64,000 bases of DNA from Octopus sinensis. Its lineage: Eukaryota. The DNA lies in assembly GCF_006345805.1 (NCBI RefSeq), contig NC_043011.1:10230001-10294000 (forward strand), in the 5' to 3' direction. This document shows positions 51,385 to 63,496 of this stretch, one piece after another; position 1 is the first letter of the stretch, and every line of letters begins with the position of its first letter. The notes below the pieces were generated by a model that was given only the letters and a program-made list of their open reading frames with translations, ran no database searches and had not been told where the DNA came from. Both the position numbers and the translations under genes were made by a program.

Positions 51385-52262
51385 GGATTGATCAATAAGT
51401 ATCCGGACTGTTGCCATAGTAATGAAGCTAAAGCACACAGAGTGAAGCTGCTTGACAAAGATTGACCTTGAACTCTGCTGTGCACGTGCACTAAGTTTTA
51501 ACATTCTAGCTCACTTCCATTTTTTACAGCAATGCTTGGAAGGAAGGTGTGCAGCATGTGATCGTTGCTTTAATCATGACAGAGAGAGAGAGTTGAGCAG
51601 AGAATCTGCATCAAATTTCACCAAAAGCTTAGCAATACCTGCTCAGAGGCCTAAGTAAAGTTTTTAAAGAGTTTTCACCATTCTCAACACAATCAACGAG
51701 ATCTTGTGCAACTGAAATCCGAGTGTCTTTTTGGTCAACTGAAAACAATTTTGGCACAAACTTGGCAGACATGTGTCTCTTCCCCAAATCTTCAGTGATA
51801 ATGGTCTGAACTGAACTGTAACTAATCTGAACATCTTCTGATAACTCACAGATGGGGATTCGACAATTTTCCCTCACAGCTGCATGCACATGTGAGATGT
51901 TTTTCTCAGTTCTGCTGGTAGTGGGTCTCCCAGAACATTCGTCAATATCCACATTTTTACAGCCATCTTGAAAACATCTGAACCACTCGTACACTTGTGT
52001 GTGGCTCATACACCCCTCTCCATACACTTTCTGCAACTTTGCATAGGCCTCTGAGCAGGTATTGCCTCGACAGCTTTCTCTGTCATGATCACACACTACA
52101 CACGTTCCTTCGAAGCACTGTTCTAAGGAGTGGAGGTGATCTACAATGTTAAAACATAGTGCACATGCACAGTAGAGTTCAAGGCAATCTTTGCCAAACA
52201 GCTTCACTCTGTGTGCTTTAGCTTTATTACTAAGGCAACAGACTGGATACTTACTGATCAGA
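51385..52262. mobile_element. Palindromic mariner derivative made of two inverted left ends
   Basis: 51385-51651 (+) and 52047-52262 (-) both carry TIR, 5'UTR and the start of the transposase. The minus arm continues as an HTH-region ORF (51629-52207: CSEAYAKLQKVYGE...VYEWF..F.DG...DECSGRP...LGKRHMSAKFVPKL). Confidence 0.9.
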
Positions 52263-52465
52263 CATCATCATCATCATCATCATCATCGTTTAACGTCCGT
52301 TTTCCATGCTAGCATGGGTTGGGCGGTTCGACCAGGGTCTGGTAAGCTATGGAAGCTGCACCAGGCTCCAGTCTGATTTGGCAGTGTTTCTACAGCTGGA
52401 TGCCCTTCCTAACGCCAACCACTCTGTGAGTGTAGTGGGTGCTTTTTACGTATCACCGGCATGGG
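52263..52465 (-). mobile_element. RTE 3'UTR fragment with (GAT)n tail
   Basis: Reverse-complement copy of 51171-51353. Confidence 0.9.
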
Positions 52466-52532
52466 TGTCTTAACTACAATTTCCATTTGAATATATATAT
52501 ATGTATGTATATATATATATATATATATATAT

Positions 52533-55350
52533 GTTAGTTAGTTAGTTAGTTAGTTAATTTGGCTCAAAAGCAAATAGCAAGGCCATGTAGGGGGACATGG
52601 AGTTAAGTACAGGGTGGTGTTCATGTAAAGAGTTCAGGCCACTTGAGGTCCAGGGAGGCTTTGAACAAAGCGGTCATCGGCATCTTCACCATCTCGTCTG
52701 GCAGCTTGTTCCATGGATCCGCAATCCGGACGGAGAAAGCTCCTCTCCTTCGATTGAGATGAAATCGTCGCAGGTAGAGCTTTTCGGAATGACCCCGCAG
52801 CCGACGCTCTGGAGCAGGAGTGAAGAACAGCTCTTTCGAGAGGTTACACTTTCCGCTTATGATGTTGTGGGCGAGAATGAGATCACTACGGCGGCGGCGT
52901 TTTTCAAGAGAATAATGGTCGAGCGTCCTTAGCCTTTCTTTGTAGGACAAATTTTTGAGACCATGAACCATGCGGGTAGCCAGCTTCTGGACCCTTTCGA
53001 GATGCTGTATGTCTTTGAGGAGATAAGGAGAAGAGGCTTGAATCCCATACTCCAATATGGGTCTCACCAGCGTGACATAGAGTGGTAGGAATATGGCTGC
53101 TGTGAGCATTCCGAATGACCGTCGAATCAAGAACAGAATTCCGCGTGCTTTGTTGGCAGCATGGACGCACTGGGCTAAAGGCGAAAAGGAGGAATCCAAC
53201 AAGATACCTAGGTCCTTTACCTGATCGGTCCTCTCCAGCAGCAGACGACCCGGCTCGAAATCAAGTTGAGTTGCAGGAGTAGAGCCGACAGGCAGATGAC
53301 AGCACTTTGACACGTTCAGACACAGGTCCCAATCGTTAGACCACTTCCAAATTTGGTGGAGGCATCGACGAAGATCCTCTATATTACCACGAGGAGCGAC
53401 CAGTTTGATATCGTCGGCAAATAGAAGGGTGTGTTGCGTGAGGTCGTCGGGCAAGTCACTTATGAAGACTAAGAACAACAAGGGCCCAAGCACTGAACCT
53501 TGAGGCACGCCACTGCTCGCACTGGAGACGTCGGACCGCGAACCATTAACTTGGACTTGGAAGGAGCGATCTGAGAGGAAGGCACCAACCCATCGTACAA
53601 TATCCGGATGGAAACTATATGCTTGAAGCTTGACAAGTAATAGGCGATGGTTTACCGAGTCAAAAGCTTTGGCAAAGTCCAGTAAAACGATGTCAACAGC
53701 ATCACTATCATCGAGGATGCGCGTCACCAATTCTTCCATTACTAGTAAGTTGGTCAAGCATGATCTCTTCGGCACGAAGCCGTATTGGGAATCAGAGATA
53801 GAGGCTGTGTTTAGGAGGTGGAGCATCATACTTTTCTTAAGGATGGTTTCGAACATCTTGCTGATTATTGATGTAAGGGAAACCGGTCGGTAGTTAAGCG
53901 GGTCTTCGCGGCTCCCTTTCTTGAAAATTGGGCAGATTATCGCTGTTCTCTAGTCTGCAGGTATAACACCCGTCGCCAATGACATATTGAATAGTCATGT
54001 TAAGGGCTCGCAGATGACCGGAGCCAACGCTTTGATAACCCGTGGGTGTATGCCGTCAGGGCCATGACCCTTGTTGACATCGAGGCCTTGAATAACACGT
54101 TTGACTTCGTCCCGCGTGATGACCAATCAAAGCATTGGAGGTACCGATCTATCAAATGGAGGGGGTTCACGACCATCATCTTGTTTGAAAATAGTTGAAA
54201 AAGCCTCGGCAAATAATTGACTCTGTTGATAAGGGTCCTCAATCGATACGCCTGTTGAGTCTACCAACGTTGCAATCTGGTTGTTCAAGCGGGAATTCCG
54301 CTGGACATGGGCAAAGAAGGTTTTTGGATTGCTACTGGCATTTGCCACGATTTTGTATTCATAACTGAAGCGTTCTTTCTTTTCGATTTTCACGGCTCAG
54401 TCTCGTTGTGTTTTGTACACCTCAAAAGCTGCAGTCGAATCCAGATTTTTGAATTCAGCCCAAGCAATATCTCTGAGTCGACGTTCTCGTTTAACCCTCT
54501 TCGTCACCCAGGGCTTGTGTTTCTTCCTCTTGGGAAGCCCAACGGGAACTGCCTGGTCAGTCAAACAGATTACATAAGCTTTGAGGGATGACCATAGTTC
54601 GTCAACTGAGGACAACGTCATCAGGGATCGCCAGTCCAGAAGCGCGGAAGCCTCGGTTAGAATTTCAAGATTAATTGCAGAGAAGACTCTACGTGGCAGC
54701 GAAGTAGTCGTGGGCACAGAAAAAGTTGTGTGCATGACGAACTTCAGGACCGCATGATCACTCTTGGCAAGAGGGGCGCACACAGATACGTCTGACACTG
54801 ATCTTGGATAGCGGGAGAATACCAGATCTAGCATAGATGGCTGCTGCCCAGACCGATGCCTTGTCGGATATTCAACATGTTGCGATAGAAAACAATCTTC
54901 AGCCACGTCAAGAAGGGCCTGGCCGAACCGGGAAGATGTTGTACAAATTGATGCGGGCTAATCGATTGTGGGAGCGTTGAAGTCTCCTAGTACCAAACAG
55001 TCATGCGAAGCTGAAACGAATCTTATCGCTTCGAGTAAATGAGCATCGTCCTGGGAGTCGGCAAGAGGCGGCCTGTAGACAGCCAACACGGGCAGGCAAA
55101 ACTCAGATAGGCTCAGCTTGCAATAGACGGCATCAAATTTTGTTGTAGGCTGAGCATTAGTGGGTAGAATACCGCTGGACGGTTTGTGCTCAGACTTAAC
55201 ATACACAGCAACACCTCCACCTCGCCTTTTTCCTCTGTCACATCTGAAAAGGATGTAGCCCTGCAGGTGGATTTCTGAGTCCTTTACTGCTGGAGTCAGC
55301 CAAGTCTCGGTGATAGCTATCACATCAGGGGAGTCACGTATGGCCAGTGA
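52533..55350 (-). mobile_element. CR1-clade LINE ORF2 (APE endonuclease + RT), 5'-truncated, few lesions, (TAAC)n tail
   Basis: ITETWL, GGGVAVYV, GDFNAPTID (endonuclease); DFAKAFDSV, GVPQGSVLGPLLF, LFADD (RT); RGH..KL...RR.AFSVR....WNKLP (CR1 C-terminus). (TTAG)n at 52533-52556 and (TA)n on both flanks. Confidence 0.95.
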
Positions 55351-55367
55351 AAATATATATATATATA

Positions 55368-55696
55368 CGCTGAGATCCCCTTCGGTCATGACTGACCATG
55401 GGATTGCACCTTAAAGTTACTCTCCCAAGCACAAGTGCGGGCAAGGTTGTTTATGGAAGACCAGCAGTCACCCATGCATACCGGCCTCCCCTCTCCATGC
55501 CACCAGTGTTATCCAAGGGAAAGGCAAAGGGGCCGATACAGCTTGGCACCTGTGACATCGCAACGCATTTCCACTGGAGCAATGTGAAATAAAGTGTCTT
55601 GTTCAAGAACACAACATGCTACCCGGTCCAGGATTCGAACTCACAACCTCACGATTGTAAGTTTGATGCTCTAACCACTGAGCCATGCACTTTCAC
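55368..55696 (-). mobile_element. tRNA-SINE (head B + CORE-like segment, tail Y)
   Basis: TGGCTCAGTGG and GAGTTCGAATCC boxes. TTGTGTTCTTGAACAAGACACTTTATTTCACATTGCTCCAGT is shared with 36892-37216, then a different 3' half follows. Confidence 0.85.
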
Positions 55697-57104
55697 TATA
55701 TATATATCAACATTACTAGTGTATTTTTTAACATCTTTTCAAATGAGACAGCAAGAGCTTCACTAAACAATGAATAAGTTTATGAGAGAATAGTTTACTC
55801 TGGTGGGGAAATAATGGCCGTGGGGTAGGGTGCTAAATTAACTTAACCATATCTTTGCTCCAGTTAACAATAGGGACTCTGTGTGGTTGCTAAAAACAAT
55901 AGCCAAATTTCCCTCTGCTGTCATATTAGATATTATAGTCCTAGGTTCTTTGTACACAGGAGTAAGATGTGAAGGCCATAGCTGGAATACTTTTGATTGC
56001 AGGTCAACTGGCTCAAGACTGACTTAGTGTTAAACAACAACATAGCCTCAGTATCCCTTAAATTTTTGATATCACAAATGACAATAAGAAAAGCATTAAA
56101 CTACAAAATCAAAATTGTTGAAGACTGGAAATGTCACCATTTTAGAAAACATCCAAGAAATTCTAAGAAAAAAATTGGAAAATAAATTTTAATTTCATAA
56201 AAAAGTAACATAAGATGTATTTTTAGACATAATTTAATGGAGATAATTCTTGCATTCAAAAGAATAGGAAGAATAACCATATTTTACACTTCTTTTTTTT
56301 CATTCTTCTTTTACCATTTCTCAAAAGGTAAAACATAAATCTCTAATATTTTAGACTTAATTTAGTAAAATCAATTATTCTGCTGGCCACCACCACCACC
56401 ACCATTACTACTGCCATCAATACCATCACTACCACCACTACTGTCGCTGCCACCACCCCAACAACTGCCACCATCGCCACCACCAACAACAACCTCACCA
56501 ATGAAATAACTAAATAATTAAAAGAGCTGGAATTTGAGATATCAAAGCTGTTACATAGTTTGATGACCGTGATAAAGGGAATGGCATAGCAGAGAGATAA
56601 TTAGTAGTTCTGAGTTAATTGAATCTAATGAGCAGAGATGAGCTGAAAAGACATCTGGAAATGAAGAAACATATCAAATGTTAGTTGAAATTAAAAGACT
56701 AGAAAAATGGTGACACACAGACAAAAGAGATCAACCAGTAATTAAAGCAGGTGGTTATGGGCAGAGGGAGACTTACAAGAGTGTGTGTGTGTCTCCATTG
56801 AATGTAATAAATACCATGCTATTTGCAGACTGTGGGCTGACTTTGTCTGATAGTCTACACAATTCCACATTATGTTCAAAAACACAAACTCAAGTAAAAA
56901 CTAATACCTTGTCAAATATTAAATTTTAATTTAGCCAAAATTTTTAGAATTTCTCATAAAAAAGTTGACCTAATTTTGTTTGTAAACTAAAAGGTCACCA
57001 TTTACAAGTTACAAAAGGTCACCATCTATGAGTTACATTAGGTTGACATGAGTTACAAAAGGTCACTACTTATTTGTTGACTCTGTACTGTACAACTTTT
57101 ATCA

Positions 57105-57471
57105 TTTACTTGTTTCAGTTATAAGACTGCAGCCATGCTGGGGCACCATGTTGAAGAATTTTTAGCTGAATGAATTGACCCCCTTTTTTTTGTTTTTGTA
57201 AAGCCTGGTACTAATTCTATTCATATTTTTTGCCAAACTGGTAAGTTATGGGGGCATAAACACACCAATGCTGGTTGTCAAATTATGGTGGGGGACAGAC
57301 ACAAACATACACACACACATATATATACACAATGGGCGTCTTTCAGTTTCCGTCTGCTAAATCCACTCACAAGGTTTTATTCAGGCTGAAGTTATGGTAG
57401 AAGACACTTGCCCATGATGCCATGCAGAGGGATTGAATCTAGAACGATGTGGTTGGGAAGCAAGCTTCTTA
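57105..57471 (-). mobile_element. tRNA-SINE with internal microsatellite (OK/OR-like)
   Basis: Diverged reverse-complement copy of 20109-20522. Confidence 0.8.
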
Positions 57472-57509
57472 CCAGAGAACTACACTGGGTTTCTTCCCAG
57501 GTCTGTTAC

Positions 57510-58010
57510 AATGGCAAGTAGGTGATGGGAGTCTCCTTAGAGGAGAATTCATTGGCCAACAACTAGTAACATTGTATACAAAGTCAGGCTGACATCCTCG
57601 CCAGTTCCCATGTTTGGAATGGTACAACTGTTTTACACACAGACATCCCAGACTGGAGCAACTAACTGACATAACAGTCCCTCCCTGACACAATGCACTG
57701 GGCACAACACATTGATATGGGTTTCCCTTCCTTCCCTCTCCAATACAGTCTCACCTCTTGTTGCAACTGTGCTGTCTCCTTTCTCTATCCTTTTCTAATG
57801 ATATTATAATGGCCTCTAGTCCACAAAACTAGAGGGGCACCATCTCCACTCAGTCACTCCTCACGGATACATCTTCCTCCTCATGTCACCTGTATAGTTT
57901 CTACCCAACCTGGCCCTCCTACTCTGACAGCAACAACCAGTCCTTCCATCCAAGAGTATTGTTTTTTCCCCTTCCAATTTGTAACTGTTCCAAATGAACA
58001 CAAATGGTGT
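57510..58010 (+). mobile_element. Decayed CR1/Jockey-group LINE RT C-terminal fragment (same family as 45420-45760)
   Basis: QQLVTLYTK.., SSHVWNG and YYNGL motifs in shifting frames. Confidence 0.6.
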
Positions 58011-58076
58011 TGGTCTCACTGATCACAAAGTATCTGGAAAAGTCATAGGCACAGTCTAATCATTCACACAAAACTA

Positions 58077-58295
58077 ATAATAATACTTTTTACTATAGGC
58101 ACGAGGCCTTAAATTTGGAGGAGAGGGATAGTCGATTGCATCAACCCCAGGACTCAACTGCTACTTATTTTATCGACCTCGAAAGGATAAAATGCAAAGT
58201 CAACCTCGGCAGAATTTGAACCCAGAATGTGAAGACAGACAAAACACTGCTAAGCATTTTGGCCAGCATGCTAATGGTCCTGCCAGCCTGCCACT

Positions 58296-58351
<56 letters not shown>

Positions 58352-58753
58352 TAGAATAATAAAGCTTTCGAATTTTGGCACAAGGCCAGCAGTTCTTGAG
58401 GGGAGAAGTAAGTAGATTACGCTGACCCCCAGTACTTGCTCTTGAAAGGATGAAATGCAAAGTCAATCTTGATGGAATTTGAGCTCAGAACATAGAGACT
58501 GATAAAATGCCACTGTGTATATTGTCCAGTGTGCTAATGATTTCGTCAGGTCACCTGTAATAATCCTAATGGTTTCAAATTTTGGCACAAGGCCAGGAAT
58601 TTTGGGTTAGTGGGTTATGTTGATAACATCAACCCCAGAGCTTGACTGATTCTTATTTCACTGACCCCCAAAAGGATAAAAAGCAGTATTTGAACTCAGT
58701 CTATATAAACAGGTGAAATGCTTTTTGTCCAGCATGCTAACAATTCTGCCACC

Positions 58754-58786
<33 letters not shown>

Positions 58787-58945
58787 TTAGACACAAGGCC
58801 AGCAGTTTTGAGGGGAGTGGGAGTAAATCAATAATACTGACCCCAGTACTTAACTGATATTTTATTTTTACCAACCTTGAGAAGATGAAAGGCCAAGTTG
58901 TTGATGGAACAACTCTAAACATCAAAAGTAGGAACAAATGCTGAA
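58077..58945 (-). mobile_element. Chain of four head-to-tail (ATT)n-tailed tRNA-SINEs separated by (AAT)n
   Basis: GGCAC(G/A)AGGCC recurs near 58098, 58378, 58584 and 58792, each followed by the CCCCAG / AAAGGAT.AAA body. (AAT)n runs at about 58297-58350 and 58754-58783. Confidence 0.9.
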
Positions 58946-60721
58946 GGACAATTTTTCCAGAACTGATAAATGGCAAGAAGTTAGGGGGGAGGGGATTTGC
59001 TAAATAAAGCTTTTAATATAATTATGCTGTCTGAAATGAAAAGAAATGCTATAGAAAGCTCGTCACTGTTCTCACCTGATCGTTGAACAGCCTTATTGCT
59101 AATTCATTAATTACCTGCAGTCATTGGTTAACTAAAAGCACCTTGGTCACTGAAAGAACAACTATTGTCACAGATATTTTAGACGTTTAAAAAGAAATGC
59201 TCCTCACAGACAGTTTCTTTGTAGTCCTGTGTATTTTGGTAATAAAACCCATTTGATATTCTTTAACAAATATCCTCTGCTCATATTCTAGGTTCTTACA
59301 AAAATGTTTATAATTGGTGATCTAGAAACCAACACTGGAAATATTTAGTAGAGAAATGATTACAAGGATAATGATTAAAGTGGTGGTGGTGGTGGTAGAG
59401 AGAGTCATGACAATGATGATGATGATGATGATGGTGAAGAAGTCAATGGAAGAAGGTTTCTATGGTTTAATGATGAAAAATGAATGACTTTTTCTTTCTT
59501 TATATATATTTGATTGAGAAAACTTGGGAGCTACTTGTTGAAGGGTTTCTGTACCAGGGTACAAATGCAAAAAAAGACAGGATGAAAGGGACAGAGAATG
59601 AAAATGAGAGATGGAGAGGAGGAGGATAAAAGGAGAAGAAAACAAAAATGTAATTAAATTATGAAACATTTCATAAAGGAAGAAAAAAAAAAAACGGTGC
59701 AGTTATTGTAATTCTTTGTCAATTTAACAGCCATTTACCATTCTCATATATTTCAAACAAGTGGATTTGTTAAAGCAAAAATTTTAATCACTTTTCTTTA
59801 AAAAAATTTTTTTTTCCTCTGATGCCAAGCATTGTCACAAAATGGCAGAAAGTGATTTTTCTTTTGTGACAACACATTAAATAAAATGCCACTCTGAAGA
59901 TTATATTTTAATTCTCCATTCTCTTTTACTAACCATCATATGGCCCTTCATTATTTTGCAACATTAAATGAGGAATCTCCCCACCACCCACCCACCTGCA
60001 CTCTGTCCTCTCTCTCTCTCTCGACATTAATATTCTACACGAAACCATTTGACAAATTTATCACGAGTAATAACCAGTGTAAAAGACATTCTTTGTCGAT
60101 GCACCACTGATGAAAATCTCATGCAAGTTCTGACAATGCCATCAATCATTGCTAAATACCATCATTGGATAAAAATTGTTTATTAGAAACCAATCAATAT
60201 ATTTATCATTCAATTTCCGGAATTCCACAGAACTAAAACAGAGACAATAGCAAAAGAAAAAAAAATGAAAAAAGAAACCAGCTAAAAACATGTAAAGTTA
60301 TTCTCTGGTGGAATATTGTTGTCCATGTATTTTTATTTTGATTTATTGTTTCCAGTTGAGAAAATTGTGCCAAACAGGAAGAAACAAAAATAAAAAATTT
60401 AATATAGTTTGTTTTATTCCATGTATAAGAATTTTCTAACTCAACAATTATCAACAGCAAACATTAATTTATGTGTTGGTGAGGGTACATGGGTGTAAAT
60501 TGATTAACGACCCTAATGCAGCCAACTGCATCCAAGTCCAAGTTTAAAGGTGACCCTGAACTGAACAAAATACCAAAATACTCTTCAATGATACATAGTG
60601 TAACCTATTTACAACTAAGTAGACTGAATCAACAAAACTTAAATGTCTTTGTTATGGCTATTATTGTGAACCTTATTCCATTATCTGCAAAAACAAACAC
60701 AGCTAAACACTGACATGTTGA

Positions 60722-60915
60722 TTTCAAATTTTGGCACAAGGCCAGCAGTTTCAGAGGAGGGGATAAGTTGATTAGATCAACCCCAATATTCAACTGGTAT
60801 TTATTTTATTGACCCCATGAAAGGATGAAAGGTAAAGTCAACCTTGGCGGAATTTGAACTCAGAATGTAAAGACAGATGAACTACTGGCATGCTAATGAT
60901 TCTGCCAGCTTGCTA
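60722..60915 (-). mobile_element. (ATT)n-tailed tRNA-SINE family copy
   Basis: TTTCAAATTTTGGCACAAGGCCAGCAG...GAAAGGATGAAAGGTAAAGTCAACCTTGGCGGAATTTGAACTCAGAATG...TGCTAATGATTCTGCCAGCT. Confidence 0.85.
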
Positions 60916-61198
60916 AACACTGGTCTTCAGTTTCTCTATTTTAAGAAATGTGAAGAAGATGGTGCAGGTGAGAGGAGAGACTGTCACTTCTCACCTGAAA
61001 GATACAAAATGTGAATTAAGCGAAATGGTTCAACCAAGGATTGAAACTGCATCATAAACAGTTCTCAGGTGTTTACCACATCTCTACTACAATAGACATA
61101 TGCAATAAACAAAAACTATTTTCTAAAGTATTTCAACCTTGTCATGATTATTAATAAAACAGAGTAACAAATAGATTTCCGTAGCCAAGAATTTAGAC

Positions 61199-61417
61199 CA
61201 GTGCTTTTCAAACTTTTTGCTGGAGTGGAACCCCAAGGAAGCATTCCACTGACTCGAGGAACCCCTGTGCAATAATTTAATAGTCTTATGCACACATATC
61301 TGCACAGGAAAATTAAAAATTACTGCCGATTTTAACAGTTTTGTAACTTCTTGCGGAACCCCTGGACTGTACTGGTGAAACCCTAAGGTTCCGCGGAATC
61401 CTGATTGAAAACCACTG
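61199..61417. mobile_element. hAT (Charlie-like) MITE, 219 bp, perfect 8-bp TSD
   Basis: TIRs CAGTGCTTTTCAA / TTGAAAACCACTG (12/13 match); ATTTAGAC at 61191-61198 and 61418-61425; GGAACCCC three times internally. Confidence 0.93.
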
Positions 61418-61619
61418 ATTTAGACCACTTTAAAATAATCCTTCAGTTGGCCCCTCTTTTCACCTCATTATTGTTTTTATTCCCCCACATAAATCATGAC
61501 CTGTCTTTGTGATAACCCCTTCATCAAATGCCCAGGTGGCAAATAAAAGAAATCCTTCTTGCTGTTGTTGTTGTTTTCATAAGGACAGTGGACTGACCAT
61601 AAAATTGACATATCAGAAA

Positions 61620-61810
61620 AAATGCTGTGAAGTATAACTTGTGGCTCTTTCTGTCCTGAAATCAAATCCCACCAAGACTAACTTTGTCTTTCATTCTTCC
61701 AGGGGTCAATAAAATACATTATAAGTCTTCTTGATCTGAGTTAAAGTAATCAACTAAGCCCCTCTCCTCAAAATTGCAGCTGTTGTGCCTCAATTAGAAA
61801 CCTTTATCAT
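61620..61810 (+). mobile_element. Decayed (ATT)n-tailed tRNA-SINE, plus orientation
   Basis: TCAAATCCCACCAAGACTAACTTTGTCTTTCATTCTTCCAGGGGTCAATAAAATA...CCCCTCTCCTCAAAATT...TTGTGCCT. Confidence 0.65.
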
Positions 61811-61815
61811 AGGGT

Positions 61816-62350
61816 GAGAGAGTGGCACATGTCCTCAAAGTGACACTGGGGTACAAATATTCGAAGCCCAATATACCAATCATGACTACCCGTCTGATAA
61901 GGGTACACTAGGCACATACATCACAACCATGTATGCAACATGGTGACCTCATAAGCTTAAACAGTGCATGACCTTGTAGATGTGGTCCAATTAGAATTCT
62001 CATCAGGTCAAGTAGCCCATCCCACTCAAAAGGTCCCTGAATAAGGGTTGTTTAAGGATGTTGAACAAAACACACATGTTTCCAGAGGTGAATTATTCAA
62101 ACCCCAAAGAATTCCTCTTAACACATGGCTACAATGTTCTCCCACTATTTCTGTTCATGATCAGAGATTGCACATATTGTCAGCCACCAAGGGACATGCT
62201 CAACTGGTGATGGTCATGCAACTGACAAGCAAAACTGTGGTATTGAGCAGAATATTTGCTGTAGGCCATCTTTTATACCAAGACAAAACATGAACATGAC
62301 AGCACTTCCAATCAGTTAAGATCAGAAACCATGAGAGCCACTACCAGGTA
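61816..62350 (-). mobile_element. Unclassified interspersed repeat (longer copy of 35357-35655)
   Basis: Colinear with 35357-35655 over ~300 bp and extends ~230 bp further; no coding motif recognised. Confidence 0.75.
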
Positions 62351-62382
62351 TTACATCAGGACATATTATTATTTCTCTTTAT

Positions 62383-63103
62383 CACAGGTTTTGTTGGAGC
62401 TCTTGGAGTCTTGCATGCATAGCAGGCTTACTACCTGCAGCCTACAGCACCATGCTATTCGTTCTCTTCAGTTATCTAATACTGTCCTGATTATTCTGGC
62501 TATGCTAAGGAAGCAATCCTTTTGTAACAGTTCCACAGGGCACTCTATTCCAATTTCCTTTATATTCCCCTTGATGCCTTCTGGTACTGTTCCCCAAGGA
62601 TCCAACAATAATTGGCACTATCGTCACCTTCTTCATTTTCCACAGCCGGGCTATTTCGTACTTAAGAGGGTTGTATTATCTATCTTTTTGCTTTCCTTCT
62701 TGACTATTCGTGGGTCAGAGGGGTACGCAACATCAACTATATATATCACATGTGGTGCACCTTGTCCACCACCACTAGGTCCGGTCTGTTATGCTTTAGC
62801 ACCTGATCTGTTTGGACTGGGAAATCCCAGAGGATTTTGCTTGTCTCTGACTCCACCAGTGTCTGAAGTTGGTGCTCATACCACGTCTTGCCTCTCTCTA
62901 GCCCCTACTTTTCACACAGTTTCCAATGCAGCACTTTTCCTACCTGATCATGTTGCCACAACTTGTAGTGGTTTTGGGCAAGTCTAGGGCATTTGTTCAT
63001 ATGGGCAATTATTTCATCCTCTCTAATGCAGATGTGCCACAGCGGAGACACTTGCTCATTCCTAAGGTTGACTCCCCAGTTTGTGGCCAAAGCTTGGTCT
63101 TGC
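62383..63103 (-). mobile_element. R4/Dong-clade 3' fragment (CCHC finger + REL endonuclease), different subfamily from 29411-33245
   Basis: QDQALATN...HDQVGKVLHWKLCEK...WYEHQ...KILWDFPVQTD...HNRPDLVVVDK...IVDVAYP...KYEIARLWKM..V.IVPIIVGSLG...RIIRTVLDN*; short AATAATAAT tail. Confidence 0.92.
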
Positions 63104-63445
63104 ATCATCATCATCACCACCACCACCACCACCACCACCACCATCACCATCATCATCATCATCATTATTATTATTTTGATACCTAGAGTGTTACCTGTCA
63201 TATGGCACATAACTTTGGATGTATGCTTTTGCCAGCAAATCAGGAAACATCATATCGTATACACACAATAATTAGAATTTAACTTTCATCAAATTTCTAG
63301 GGGCTTATTACAAAACGATGAAATGAATATTAATTCTCAAAAGAAAAATATTTATTACCTTCAAATGAAATTATATAAACAATGTTAAAGAAGTCAAATG
63401 AAATTGAAAACAAAATTATTCTTCGTGTTGATTTTATATGATGGA

Positions 63446-63496
<51 letters not shown>

